Assembly (NCBI GenBank): GCA_001788795.1
Contig: MFXH01000004.1
Span: 6,831-70,830, forward strand
Length of the DNA: 64,000 nucleotides
Direction: 5' to 3'
Source: Candidatus Peregrinibacteria bacterium RIFOXYA2_FULL_41_18
GTDB lineage: Bacteria > Patescibacteriota > Gracilibacteria > UBA1369 > UBA12470
The position numbers were made by a program, and so were the translations under genes. The notes beneath the pieces are model-generated. The model saw only the letters and a program-made list of their open reading frames with translations, had not been told where the DNA came from and did no database searches. This document shows positions 55,697 to 63,416 of this stretch, piece by piece. Each line of letters starts with the position of its first letter. The first letter of the stretch is position 1.

Positions 55697-55760
55697 GGAG
55701 CAAGACACAAGACACAGATAGTATATGGGGGAGGCGGGAGGTTGTGAGTTGGCTTGAGAT
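55661..55760 (+). repeat. degenerate purine-rich repeat tract at the mfd 3' end
   Basis: gggaaggttgagagggggaagtggataagagagtaaggagcaagacacaagacacagatagt... contains family-A-like units (ggggaagt, gatagt) and aagacac x2. Confidence 0.45.
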
Positions 55761-55791
55761 ATGGTAAGAAGATCTCCTATAACTTTTCACA

Positions 55792-57066
55792 ATGGGCGTT
55801 GCGATTATTTCAATGAATGATGTTGAGGATTTGAAAGGGAGTGGTCATTCAATACAAAATAGAACCGCTCTTTTGGAATGTGTTCACGATGCTGTTGACC
55901 ATCCTGTTCGTGGAAAAATAATTTCAGACGTGTTTATGGGTGCTGATCCCGATGACGTTTCTGTTTTTCCTTATGACGGTACGGCGGTTGGTATTGGCGG
56001 GCTAAAGGCTCCATTCGGTCCGATGGTCAAAAGGCAACTTGTTGGCCTACTGGCTTCCTCTAGAGCAACTGGGGCGCGCGGAATAACCGAATCCGTTTTG
56101 AATTTCAGTGATGATAGAATGAGGTTTGGGCCCAGAATCGTTGTCCAGGGTGGGCATAGAATTAATAGAATCGAATACGCATTCGTTTCTCATCTTTTTC
56201 GCGAGATAGCCAAGAGGGTTCGAGAGGGCGTTGTTATTACCGGTTGTGGAGATGGCGCGATGCAGGCGCCGTTTGAAGGCATTGAACAAGAGCTGGCGGA
56301 TCGCGATTTTAAGGATGCGCATCGTTACGTGAGAGTTGGACTTACGGAGGCCGGTATTTTGGCCAAAGAGAGGCCTAATCCGCTAGTCGAAAGATTGGTT
56401 GTGTATCCGGATATAGAGCAAAGGATGGAGTCATTTATAAGGCTGGCCACGTTGATAATTATTGTTCCGGGCGGAGTTGGTACGGCGGAAGAAATTATGC
56501 AATTACTTGAAGTTGTTTTGAGCCCTGAAAACACGGGAAAAGTTCCCAATACTCATTTGATAGAAGGGTCCGGTGGTCAATGGATGAATAATCTTAGGGA
56601 GCTTTTTGATGTTTGTTTTCCCGGACTGCTTGATAAGTCGGAATTCTTGCGAGTTTTAGCCGGAATTGATCCGGCTACTTATGCCTGCGAAGTAAAGCGA
56701 ATGAAAAGGCCGCTATGGAATGAGCCTTGGAATGAAGAAATAACAATGCCTGTGGAATCACAGTTTATACATACAGACGATCCCTCCGAATTTTTTGTGC
56801 AAATGGAAGGAATGAGATTGTCTAGATCTGAAAACGGTACGGAGGCTGAGGTTGCCGGTGTCTTGAGGAGGTTTTTTTCCGCAATGGTTGATCTGACCGT
56901 AAAGCATCCGGAAATTGTGGATGAGTGGAAGGGGCAAGGACAGAAAGTTAGGTTGCGCGGACAGCAAGATGTTATTGTTGCCGTTATGAAGTTTTTAGAC
57001 CTTCTTTATTCGCAGGGGAGGCTTCATCCTACCGCTCCTTCTAGGAAAGACATATTTGTTTGGTGA
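55792..57066 (+). CDS. ppnN: PpnN (YgdH)-family nucleotide 5'-monophosphate nucleosidase (LOG-like)
   Basis: Long colinear similarity to E. coli PpnN as I remember it: GGH.IN..EY, TGCG.GAM.AP, ERPNPLVE.L...PDIE.R.E.F.R, PGGVGTAEE, and C-terminal LRR.FS..V. Confidence 0.8.
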   Translation: MGVAIISMNDVEDLKGSGHSIQNRTALLECVHDAVDHPVRGKIISDVFMGADPDDVSVFPYDGTAVGIGGLKAPFGPMVKRQLVGLLASSRATGARGITESVLNFSDDRMRFGPRIVVQGGHRINRIEYAFVSHLFREIAKRVREGVVITGCGDGAMQAPFEGIEQELADRDFKDAHRYVRVGLTEAGILAKERPNPLVERLVVYPDIEQRMESFIRLATLIIIVPGGVGTAEEIMQLLEVVLSPENTGKVPNTHLIEGSGGQWMNNLRELFDVCFPGLLDKSEFLRVLAGIDPATYACEVKRMKRPLWNEPWNEEITMPVESQFIHTDDPSEFFVQMEGMRLSRSENGTEAEVAGVLRRFFSAMVDLTVKHPEIVDEWKGQGQKVRLRGQQDVIVAVMKFLDLLYSQGRLHPTAPSRKDIFVW

Positions 57067-57100
57067 GAATGTGATATAATCACTAAGCTCTTTGAAATGT

Positions 57101-57505
57101 GGGGATGTACAGGTTTTGACAGAGGATTTCTTCGGTCAGATATCTTAAGCTCGGCGGTTGCACCGTCCCGTCGTTATAAGAGTTCGGTGCAAAACCAAAT
57201 GCAAGCGAAAATCTTGCCGCAACGCTTTACAGAGCTTTTGCTCCTGTCAGAGTAGCTGCGTAGATGTTTCGGCCATCGTGCCGGAACCCGTTCTTTGGCC
57301 CGATGTCTCATGAGGTCAAAAGAATGTCATTTATGGGGCACGGCGTGTAAATTTGGAGTTTTATTTACTCGCTTAAAATTTAAAACCAACCTTTTGCGGT
57401 TTTTGGCCGGTTCTTTATCGCAAATCGTTAAACAGAGCCGGTTATGGCTTTAAACGGTATTTGCCGGACCTTTGGACGCGGGTTCGATTCCCGCCATCTC
57501 CACCA
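57101..57505 (+). ncRNA. ssrA: tmRNA (ssrA)
   Basis: The 5' end is GGGGATGTACAGGTTTTGAC and the 3' end is GGACGCGGGTTCGATTCCCGCCATCTCCACCA (T-arm, acceptor, CCA). An internal tag ORF starts at GCA 57201 and encodes ASENLAATLYRAFAPVRVAA, with stop TAG at 57261-57263. Confidence 0.93.
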
Positions 57506-57560
57506 GAGTAGATTGCAGTTGGCAGATTGCAGATAGTAGGTTGCAGGTTGCAGGTTGCAG
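57506..57560 (+). repeat. tandem heptamer repeat, 8 units, family B, abutting the tmRNA 3' end
   Basis: (a)gagtag attgcag ttggcag attgcag atagtag gttgcag gttgcag gttgcag. Confidence 0.9.
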
Positions 57561-57650
57561 AAAGGAGGAATGCGTTTTTGAGTAGCCAGAAGCGCGGTTT
57601 TGATGTATAAGCTTGGGGCTTGCCATTAACTCGCTGATGTTAAATCCCTT

Positions 57651-59129
57651 ATGTCATTCAGTGAAACATTAATTAGTTTTGATTCTGTCTCGTTCGAATT
57701 CGAGCACAAAAAACCGATACTGGATGCGGTGAGTTTCTCGGTGCGAAGAGATACAAAAATTACGATAATGGGGCAAAACGGTGCCGGTAAAAGTACGATT
57801 CTTAAACTGATTACAGGTGTGATTAAGCCGATAGAGGGATCTGTTAACAAACTGCCAAAGCTTACAGTTGCAACCGCCCATCAGGTAATTCGCATGGAAG
57901 ATCGCGATCTTACCGTGCGAGCTTTTTTCGAGAAGAATTTTAAAGAAAAAATGTACGATATAGACAGAAGAATCGATGAGGTCTTGGAGGTTGTCAATCT
58001 ACATGCGCCTCACGACAGGCTTATTAAAAGTTTTTCCGGAGGGCAACAGGCAAGGCTACTTCTCGCTTCGGCGCTAATTCAAGATGCGGATTTGTTACTT
58101 CTAGATGAGCCGACGAACAATCTCGACAAGGCAGGGATTGAGCATCTTACGATGTTTCTTATAATGTATCCGAAAACGTGTATTGTTATTTCACACGATG
58201 CGGACTTTTTGAATTCGTTTACGGACGGAGTTTTGTATTTGGATTCGCATACTCATAAGGTTGAGCAGTATGCCGGAAACTATTTCGATGTGGTTGAGCA
58301 GATCGCGAAGAGAATTGAAAAAGAAAATATGCAAAATGCACAGGCCGAAAAAATAATTCTTAAGAATAAAGAACAGTCGAATGTCTTCGCACATAAAGGA
58401 GGAAAACTCCGTGATGTTGCGCGAAAAATGAGAGAAAAAGCCGAGGAGATGGAGGAGGCGAAAGTTGAAGTTAGGCGTGAGGATAAGACGATTCGTCCTT
58501 TTGAAATTCCGATTCAAGAAGATATAGGTGGTGTCATACTCAGAATTACAGAGGCTTCCGTTATTCGCAATCATCATGCGTCGATGAAGAAAGTCGATAT
58601 TTCTCTCCAGAAAGATCAGCATCTTCTTCTTACGGGACCAAATGGAATCGGTAAAAGTACGCTTCTTGAGGTTTTGGCCTCCGGCAAATCCAAACACGCG
58701 GTTGTAAAAGAAGGTATTCGAATCGGATATTATCGTCAGGATTTTTCTACTCTTAATTTCGACCATACTGTTCGTGAATCCTTGATGGAGGCGCTTGAAT
58801 CCGCCGGTGGGGAAAACATGGAGGATAAAGTTCCGGAGGAGGAAATGCGCAAGGTCGCGGCCGGTTTTTTAATCACAAAAGAACTTATTAATTCCAAGAT
58901 CGGGTATTTGTCTGAAGGGCAGAAAGGGCTTGTGTCTTTTGCGCGGCTTGTTTTGCAAAGGCCCGGCCTTCTCATTCTTGATGAGCCTACAAATCATATT
59001 AATTTCCGACATCTCCCCGTGATTGCGGAGGCGCTGGATTCTTATGCGGGTGCGATGGTTTTGGTTTCGCACGTTCCGGAATTTGTTGATAAAATTCGTA
59101 TAGACCAGACATTGGATTTGGATAAGTAG
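57651..59129 (+). CDS. ABC-F family ATPase (two ABC domains, no TM; translation-factor type)
   Basis: Two Walker A motifs (GQNGAGKST, GPNGIGKST), two signature motifs (FSGGQQARL, LSEGQKGLV) and a charged linker. Confidence 0.88.
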   Translation: MSFSETLISFDSVSFEFEHKKPILDAVSFSVRRDTKITIMGQNGAGKSTILKLITGVIKPIEGSVNKLPKLTVATAHQVIRMEDRDLTVRAFFEKNFKEKMYDIDRRIDEVLEVVNLHAPHDRLIKSFSGGQQARLLLASALIQDADLLLLDEPTNNLDKAGIEHLTMFLIMYPKTCIVISHDADFLNSFTDGVLYLDSHTHKVEQYAGNYFDVVEQIAKRIEKENMQNAQAEKIILKNKEQSNVFAHKGGKLRDVARKMREKAEEMEEAKVEVRREDKTIRPFEIPIQEDIGGVILRITEASVIRNHHASMKKVDISLQKDQHLLLTGPNGIGKSTLLEVLASGKSKHAVVKEGIRIGYYRQDFSTLNFDHTVRESLMEALESAGGENMEDKVPEEEMRKVAAGFLITKELINSKIGYLSEGQKGLVSFARLVLQRPGLLILDEPTNHINFRHLPVIAEALDSYAGAMVLVSHVPEFVDKIRIDQTLDLDK

Positions 59130-59130
59130 A

Positions 59131-59192
59131 GTTTTGCATTCGCAAAACGACTTGATAATATATGGTGCAAGGAATGCTTTGCGTCCTTGCAC
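59131..59192 (+). repeat. two-hairpin module, copy 1 (intergenic)
   Basis: GTTTTGC-attc-GCAAAAC (59131-59148) and GTGCAAGGA-atgctttgcg-TCCTTGCAC (59165-59192). Confidence 0.85.
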
Positions 59193-59209
59193 TGTTGGAT
59201 AAATAAGAT

Positions 59210-60106
59210 ATGGGTTTTGATAAAGTTAAAATTGCGTGGTTCGGTAAACATTTCGGCGAAGAGCCGCCTTTTTGCGGAGGAGTTGATCAGGGTGCGGGTG
59301 GAATATTTTTTAGCGGGTGTAATTTAAGGTGTGTTTTTTGCCAGAATTATCAGATTTCGCAGGGCGGAGTTTCGCATCCGCGAAACGGCTTAGGTTATGG
59401 CGCAAGGAATGCTTCGCGTCCTAGCGCTGAGGGTGGTATAGGTCGCGAATATAGAGTGGAAGAGCTTGCCGAGATCATGCTTAAACTGCAAAAAGATGGC
59501 GCTGTTAACATCGATCTTGTGACGCCGACAATTTGGTTTAGGCAAATAAAAGACGCAATAAAAATTGCACGAGTGGGCGGATTGAAAATCCCGATTTTGT
59601 GGAATTCCAATGCGTATGAAAAAGTTGAAATGTTGCGAGAAATGGAAGGGCTTGTTGATATTTATTTGCCGGATTTTAAATACGGGATTGACGAGGTCGG
59701 ATTCAGATATTCCGGTGTCGCGAATTATTCTCTTGTTGCGATTCCGGCTATTAAAGAGATGCTTAGACAGGTTGGAAATTTGGTTGTGGCCGGCGATGGA
59801 ATTGCGAGGCAGGGTGTTTCTGTCAGGCACTTAGTCTTGCCCGGTAATTTGGAAAACAGTTTTCAGGCTATCAACAAGCTCGCAGAGATTGATACGGAGA
59901 TGTTTGTAGGGCTGATGAATCAGTATTCACCTATGCATAAGGCTGAAAAATTCCACGAGATAAATCGCATGCTTACAGGCGAGGAGTTTGACAGTGTTTT
60001 TAAATTTTTACTAAAAAAAGGATTTCAAAACGGATGGGTGCAAGATGGTGAAAGCAGGTGCGTAATGATACCGGACTTTACAAAACCGGATCCGTTTAAT
60101 GTATAA
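59210..60106 (+). CDS. radical SAM enzyme (PflX/PFL-activase-like) carrying a ~25-aa repeat-derived insertion
   Basis: CNLRCVFCQNYQIS is a CxxxCxxC motif, followed by NIDLVTPT. The segment GVSHPRNGLGYGARNASRPSAEGGI coincides with module copy 2. Confidence 0.8.
   Translation: MGFDKVKIAWFGKHFGEEPPFCGGVDQGAGGIFFSGCNLRCVFCQNYQISQGGVSHPRNGLGYGARNASRPSAEGGIGREYRVEELAEIMLKLQKDGAVNIDLVTPTIWFRQIKDAIKIARVGGLKIPILWNSNAYEKVEMLREMEGLVDIYLPDFKYGIDEVGFRYSGVANYSLVAIPAIKEMLRQVGNLVVAGDGIARQGVSVRHLVLPGNLENSFQAINKLAEIDTEMFVGLMNQYSPMHKAEKFHEINRMLTGEEFDSVFKFLLKKGFQNGWVQDGESRCVMIPDFTKPDPFNV
59369..59427 (+). repeat. two-hairpin module, copy 2 (inside the radical-SAM CDS)
   Basis: GTTTCGC-atcc-GCGAAAC (59369-59386) and GCGCAAGGA-atgcttcgcg-TCCTAGCGC (59400-59427). 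Base changes relative to copy 1 are compensatory in both stems. Confidence 0.85.
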
Positions 60107-60131
60107 TCTCTTCCGATTTAACAAAAACAAT

Positions 60132-60719
60132 ATGAAAAAAATCAAATCAATTCGTTGCGAGAGGGGTATGTTTAAAGTTTTCACATCTCCGTTATCTTGC
60201 GACGGTATTGATCCTCAAACAAAGGCTCCCGTTGTATTTTTCAAGGCGGGATTTTTCGGTCCGCTTACTGTCTATACAGATAATACAAAATCGGCAGCGA
60301 TTATCACTTGTAAGAGCAAAAGGGGGAAATTCGGTTACGCGACTTGGGATGTTTTTGATTCCGAAAAAGGCGATAAGCTTCTTGGTACAATGAGCTGGGC
60401 TATTATCAAAACCGCATTAGCTTTTGGCGCAGAAAAATGGAGCGTTGTTAAGCCTGACGGAAGCCCGTTTCTTACGCTTGAAACAATGAATAGTTCGATT
60501 GCGAAGAGAATATTGGACGACATGACCAATCTGTATAATCCGACACATCAATACGTGGTGAATAATGCTGCCGGAAAGTCTGTTGCGAGTATTATGGCCA
60601 AAAGGGGTTTTTGGGGAGGGGCTTATAGTGATTTTATTCTTGAAGATGGGGCGTCCGAAGAGGAAACGAAAATGGCGTTGGCTCTTTTTGCAGGGCTTGT
60701 ACTTTTGTACAAAAAATAA
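60132..60719 (+). CDS. hypothetical protein, possibly tubby-C/LURP-one-related (DUF567-like) fold
   Basis: A beta-rich 195-aa protein ending in a hydrophobic helix (MALALFAGLVLLYKK). The assignment is tentative. The start was set at ATG 60132. Confidence 0.3.
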   Translation: MKKIKSIRCERGMFKVFTSPLSCDGIDPQTKAPVVFFKAGFFGPLTVYTDNTKSAAIITCKSKRGKFGYATWDVFDSEKGDKLLGTMSWAIIKTALAFGAEKWSVVKPDGSPFLTLETMNSSIAKRILDDMTNLYNPTHQYVVNNAAGKSVASIMAKRGFWGGAYSDFILEDGASEEETKMALALFAGLVLLYKK

Positions 60720-60721
60720 TC

Positions 60722-61072
60722 GTGCAAGATGTTATCGAAAAATTCATTCGCGGTAGTGGCGCCGGAGGACAGAAGATAAATAAAACTTCCAGCTGTGTTT
60801 GGTTAAAACATTTGCCAACAGGTATCGAAGTGAAGTGCCAGCGGTTTCGCGAACGCGAAAAAAATAGAGAAGAGGCTTATAAACTTCTGCGTTTGAAAAT
60901 AGATCAGGCTGTAAATTGGCGCGAGTCGAAAAAGGCAAAAGAGATTTATAAAATTCGACGTCAAAAGCAGCGGAGGTCGAAGAGGGCGAAAGAAAAAATG
61001 CTTCGTGGAAAAAAAATAAGAAGCGAGGTAAAGAGAAGTAGGGGAAGTAGGGGAAGTGACATAGTGGGATAA
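60722..61072 (+). CDS. arfB: GGQ-domain peptidyl-tRNA hydrolase (ArfB/ICT1-like ribosome rescue factor), GTG start
   Basis: GSGAGGQKINKTSSCVWLKHLPTGIEVKCQRFREREKNREEA (RF domain 3) plus a long Lys/Arg tail. The last ~12 aa are read through a family A repeat. Confidence 0.7.
   Translation: MQDVIEKFIRGSGAGGQKINKTSSCVWLKHLPTGIEVKCQRFREREKNREEAYKLLRLKIDQAVNWRESKKAKEIYKIRRQKQRRSKRAKEKMLRGKKIRSEVKRSRGSRGSDIVG
61031..61065 (+). repeat. family A composite repeat
   Basis: aagagaagt aggggaagt aggggaagt gacatagt, located inside the 3' end of the arfB-like ORF. Confidence 0.9.
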
Positions 61073-61115
61073 AGAAGAGGATGAAGAGGCGAGAAAAATG
61101 CAATTTTTTCCAAGT

Positions 61116-61143
61116 TTGACTCCTGATGTGAACCGAGTATAAT
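61116..61143 (+). promoter_or_regulatory. sigma70-type promoter (TTGACT-16 nt-TATAAT) for rel
   Basis: Read directly, 27 nt upstream of the rel ATG. Confidence 0.6.
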
Positions 61144-61169
61144 TTTCAATCATCCACATAAAGCTTTTT

Positions 61170-63092
61170 ATGTCGTCAATTGGAGCTTTGATTAAGGCGG
61201 TTGAAGATTACGATCCGGATATTAATTCCGATGCTATTAAAGAGGCGTACAAATTTGCAGACGACGCTCATAAAGGTGTCCTTAGAAAATCAGGAGAGCC
61301 TTATATAATTCATCCTGTTGGAACCGCGATGATTTTGGCTGAAATGAAGGCTGATAAACAGATGATTATTGCTGCGCTTTTGCATGATACCGTTGAAGAT
61401 ACAAAAGTTACGCTTGCCGAGATTAAGAGGCGGTTTGGTTCCGAAGTGTCTCTTCTCGTAGACGGACTTACAAAAATTTCGACTGTGCGTTATTCTTTGC
61501 AGTCTACGAGGGGGCAGATTTCTTCTTTGCGTAAAATTTTTCTAAAAATGAGCAAGGATTTGAGAGTGGTTTTGATAAAGCTTGCCGATAGGCTGCATAA
61601 CATGCGAACACTTGAGTTTGTTGTTCCGGAAAAGAGGAAGAGGATAGCCAAAGAAACGCTTGAAATATATGTACCAATGGCAAGGTTACTTGGAGCATGG
61701 GACGTGATGTCCGAGCTTGAGGATTTGTGCTTCAAGCATTTACAGCCAAATGATTATGACTTCATTTACAAAAAACTTTCTTCTGTAAGATCCGGAAATG
61801 TTAGATATGTAAACAAGCTTGTTGCGGAGCTTAAGGCTGCGATGGGTCCGGAGGTTGATGCTGAGATAAAAGGAGAAGAAAAGCATCTTTATCATGTTTA
61901 CAAAGCTTTTACCGAAAAGAGGGGGCTTTTTGATGTTATGACCGATTGTTATTCTATAAAGGTTATAGTTCCCGATACTATGGATTGTTACAAGGCGTTG
62001 GGCGTTGTTCATGGATTGTGGCAGCCGAGGCGCGCCGATTTCCGCGATTACATAGCTGTTCCGAAAGCCAATGGTTATAAAGGGCTTCATACGATGGTTT
62101 TTGGTCCTTATGGAAAAACAGTTGAAGTTCATATAAAGACTCTTGATATGTATGAAGATGCTCATTACGGCATTGCTGCAAGATGGTATCGCCAACGCAT
62201 GAAGTGGAAAAGCGAATCCGTTTCTTACTCTTGGATGTCTCAGGTTAAGGACTTGAGAAGGATGTCTGGAGGGGTTAATGATAAATTTTTGGAGGACCTA
62301 AAAGGAGATGTTTTTGAAGACAGGATATTTGTTTTTACAGATAAAGGGAGGGCTGTTGATCTGCCAAACGGATCGACCGTGGTTGATTTTGCGTATGCCG
62401 TGAATCCGTATTTCGGACATAACTTCGTGAAAGCTTTTGTAAATAAAAGAGTTAGAAATCCCATGACGGTTCTTCGAACCGGCGATGTTGTGGCCGTCGA
62501 GTCGGTGAAAGACTCTAGAGGTCCGGATCTTTATTGGCTTGATCGAGTGAAAACCTCAAAAGCTAGAAATAGCATGAGGAAATGGTTCTCCGCTGATTCA
62601 ACGGCTCTTTGCGTAAAAAGGGGCAAGAGTTTTTTGGATAAAAATCTTAAAATCTTTTTGAACTCATCTTTTAAGGATCAAGATGGGAAAATTTCAGATT
62701 ACGCTCTTGAAAACTGGGGAAGTAGAGGGGTTAACGGCTTGCTTTCCGATATTGGAACGGGGGTTTCGTTAGTGAAAGATGTTTTGAGGGCTGTTTACGG
62801 GGATGATGTTCTTTTGGGTAAAGATGTGCAAATGGGCAAGAGGCAAATTTGCCTTGAAATTATAAGCGCAGACAGAAAAGGACTTCTGAATGATATATCG
62901 AGGCTTATATCGAAAGAAGGTTTAAATATAGTCGGATATAATGCTTTTGTTGATATCAATACTAGAATTGCCGAGCAACAATTTGTCTTGGAGGCGTATA
63001 ATTTCGATCAGCTATACCATCTTTGTGTTGATCTTGGATATGTGAAGGAAATATCCGACGTGCGCGTTGTTAAGTGCAAAAAGCACACTTAA
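61170..63092 (+). CDS. rel: RelA/SpoT-homologue (p)ppGpp synthetase/hydrolase (HD-SYNTH-TGS-ACT)
   Basis: HD motifs (HPVGTA, LHDTVEDT, KLADRLHNMRTL), synthetase region (DYIAVPKANGYKGLHTMVF, EVHIKT), TGS (IFVFTDKGRAVDLPNGSTVVDFAY) and a C-terminal ACT-like domain. Confidence 0.9.
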   Translation: MSSIGALIKAVEDYDPDINSDAIKEAYKFADDAHKGVLRKSGEPYIIHPVGTAMILAEMKADKQMIIAALLHDTVEDTKVTLAEIKRRFGSEVSLLVDGLTKISTVRYSLQSTRGQISSLRKIFLKMSKDLRVVLIKLADRLHNMRTLEFVVPEKRKRIAKETLEIYVPMARLLGAWDVMSELEDLCFKHLQPNDYDFIYKKLSSVRSGNVRYVNKLVAELKAAMGPEVDAEIKGEEKHLYHVYKAFTEKRGLFDVMTDCYSIKVIVPDTMDCYKALGVVHGLWQPRRADFRDYIAVPKANGYKGLHTMVFGPYGKTVEVHIKTLDMYEDAHYGIAARWYRQRMKWKSESVSYSWMSQVKDLRRMSGGVNDKFLEDLKGDVFEDRIFVFTDKGRAVDLPNGSTVVDFAYAVNPYFGHNFVKAFVNKRVRNPMTVLRTGDVVAVESVKDSRGPDLYWLDRVKTSKARNSMRKWFSADSTALCVKRGKSFLDKNLKIFLNSSFKDQDGKISDYALENWGSRGVNGLLSDIGTGVSLVKDVLRAVYGDDVLLGKDVQMGKRQICLEIISADRKGLLNDISRLISKEGLNIVGYNAFVDINTRIAEQQFVLEAYNFDQLYHLCVDLGYVKEISDVRVVKCKKHT

Positions 63093-63204
63093 TTATACAA
63101 TATTTTGCGCGCTTCGTACATGCCTTTTTTGGCTTGTGGAAGGCTGTTTTACAGATAAGAGTCGGTGTCTTTACATGCCGAGCGGTGGTTTTTGTGAAAA
63201 AATC

Positions 63205-63233
63205 TTGACACAAGAATTTTGGTCGTTTATACT
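63205..63233 (+). promoter_or_regulatory. sigma70-type promoter (TTGACA-17 nt-TATACT)
   Basis: Read directly. It would start a ~175-nt leader or sRNA containing the repeat at 63299-63346. Confidence 0.55.
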
Positions 63234-63298
63234 GCGTGCAGAGTGGTCAAATGGTAGAAGGAGAAGGAAGGAGAAATCTTTTCTTCTCTTTGCTGTAT

Positions 63299-63346
63299 GG
63301 GTAGATGGCAGGGAAGAAGTTGGGGAAGTATGAGAAGTGACATAGT
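63299..63346 (+). repeat. composite repeat showing the full order: GGTAG - heptamer (atggcag) - 9-mers - GACATAGT
   Basis: gggtag atggcag ggaagaagt tggggaagt atgagaagt gacatagt. Confidence 0.9.
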
Positions 63347-63416
63347 GAACAGATTGCGTTGCGGTTTTTCAAGGAGGCGACTATAATTTTGACCATATTA
63401 ATTAATCTTTTCTACG

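Noticed and set aside
57506-57650. Genomic island or integrase next to the tmRNA gene
   Set aside because: tmRNA 3' ends are common integration sites. Here, however, only a 55-nt heptamer tract follows, and then a housekeeping ABC-F gene. No integrase or direct repeat of the tmRNA 3' end was seen.
63236-63262. tRNA-like 5' half (gcgtgcagagtggtcaaatggtag)
   Set aside because: It resembles an acceptor/D-arm, but no anticodon stem, T-arm (GTTCRANYC) or complementary acceptor 3' strand follows.
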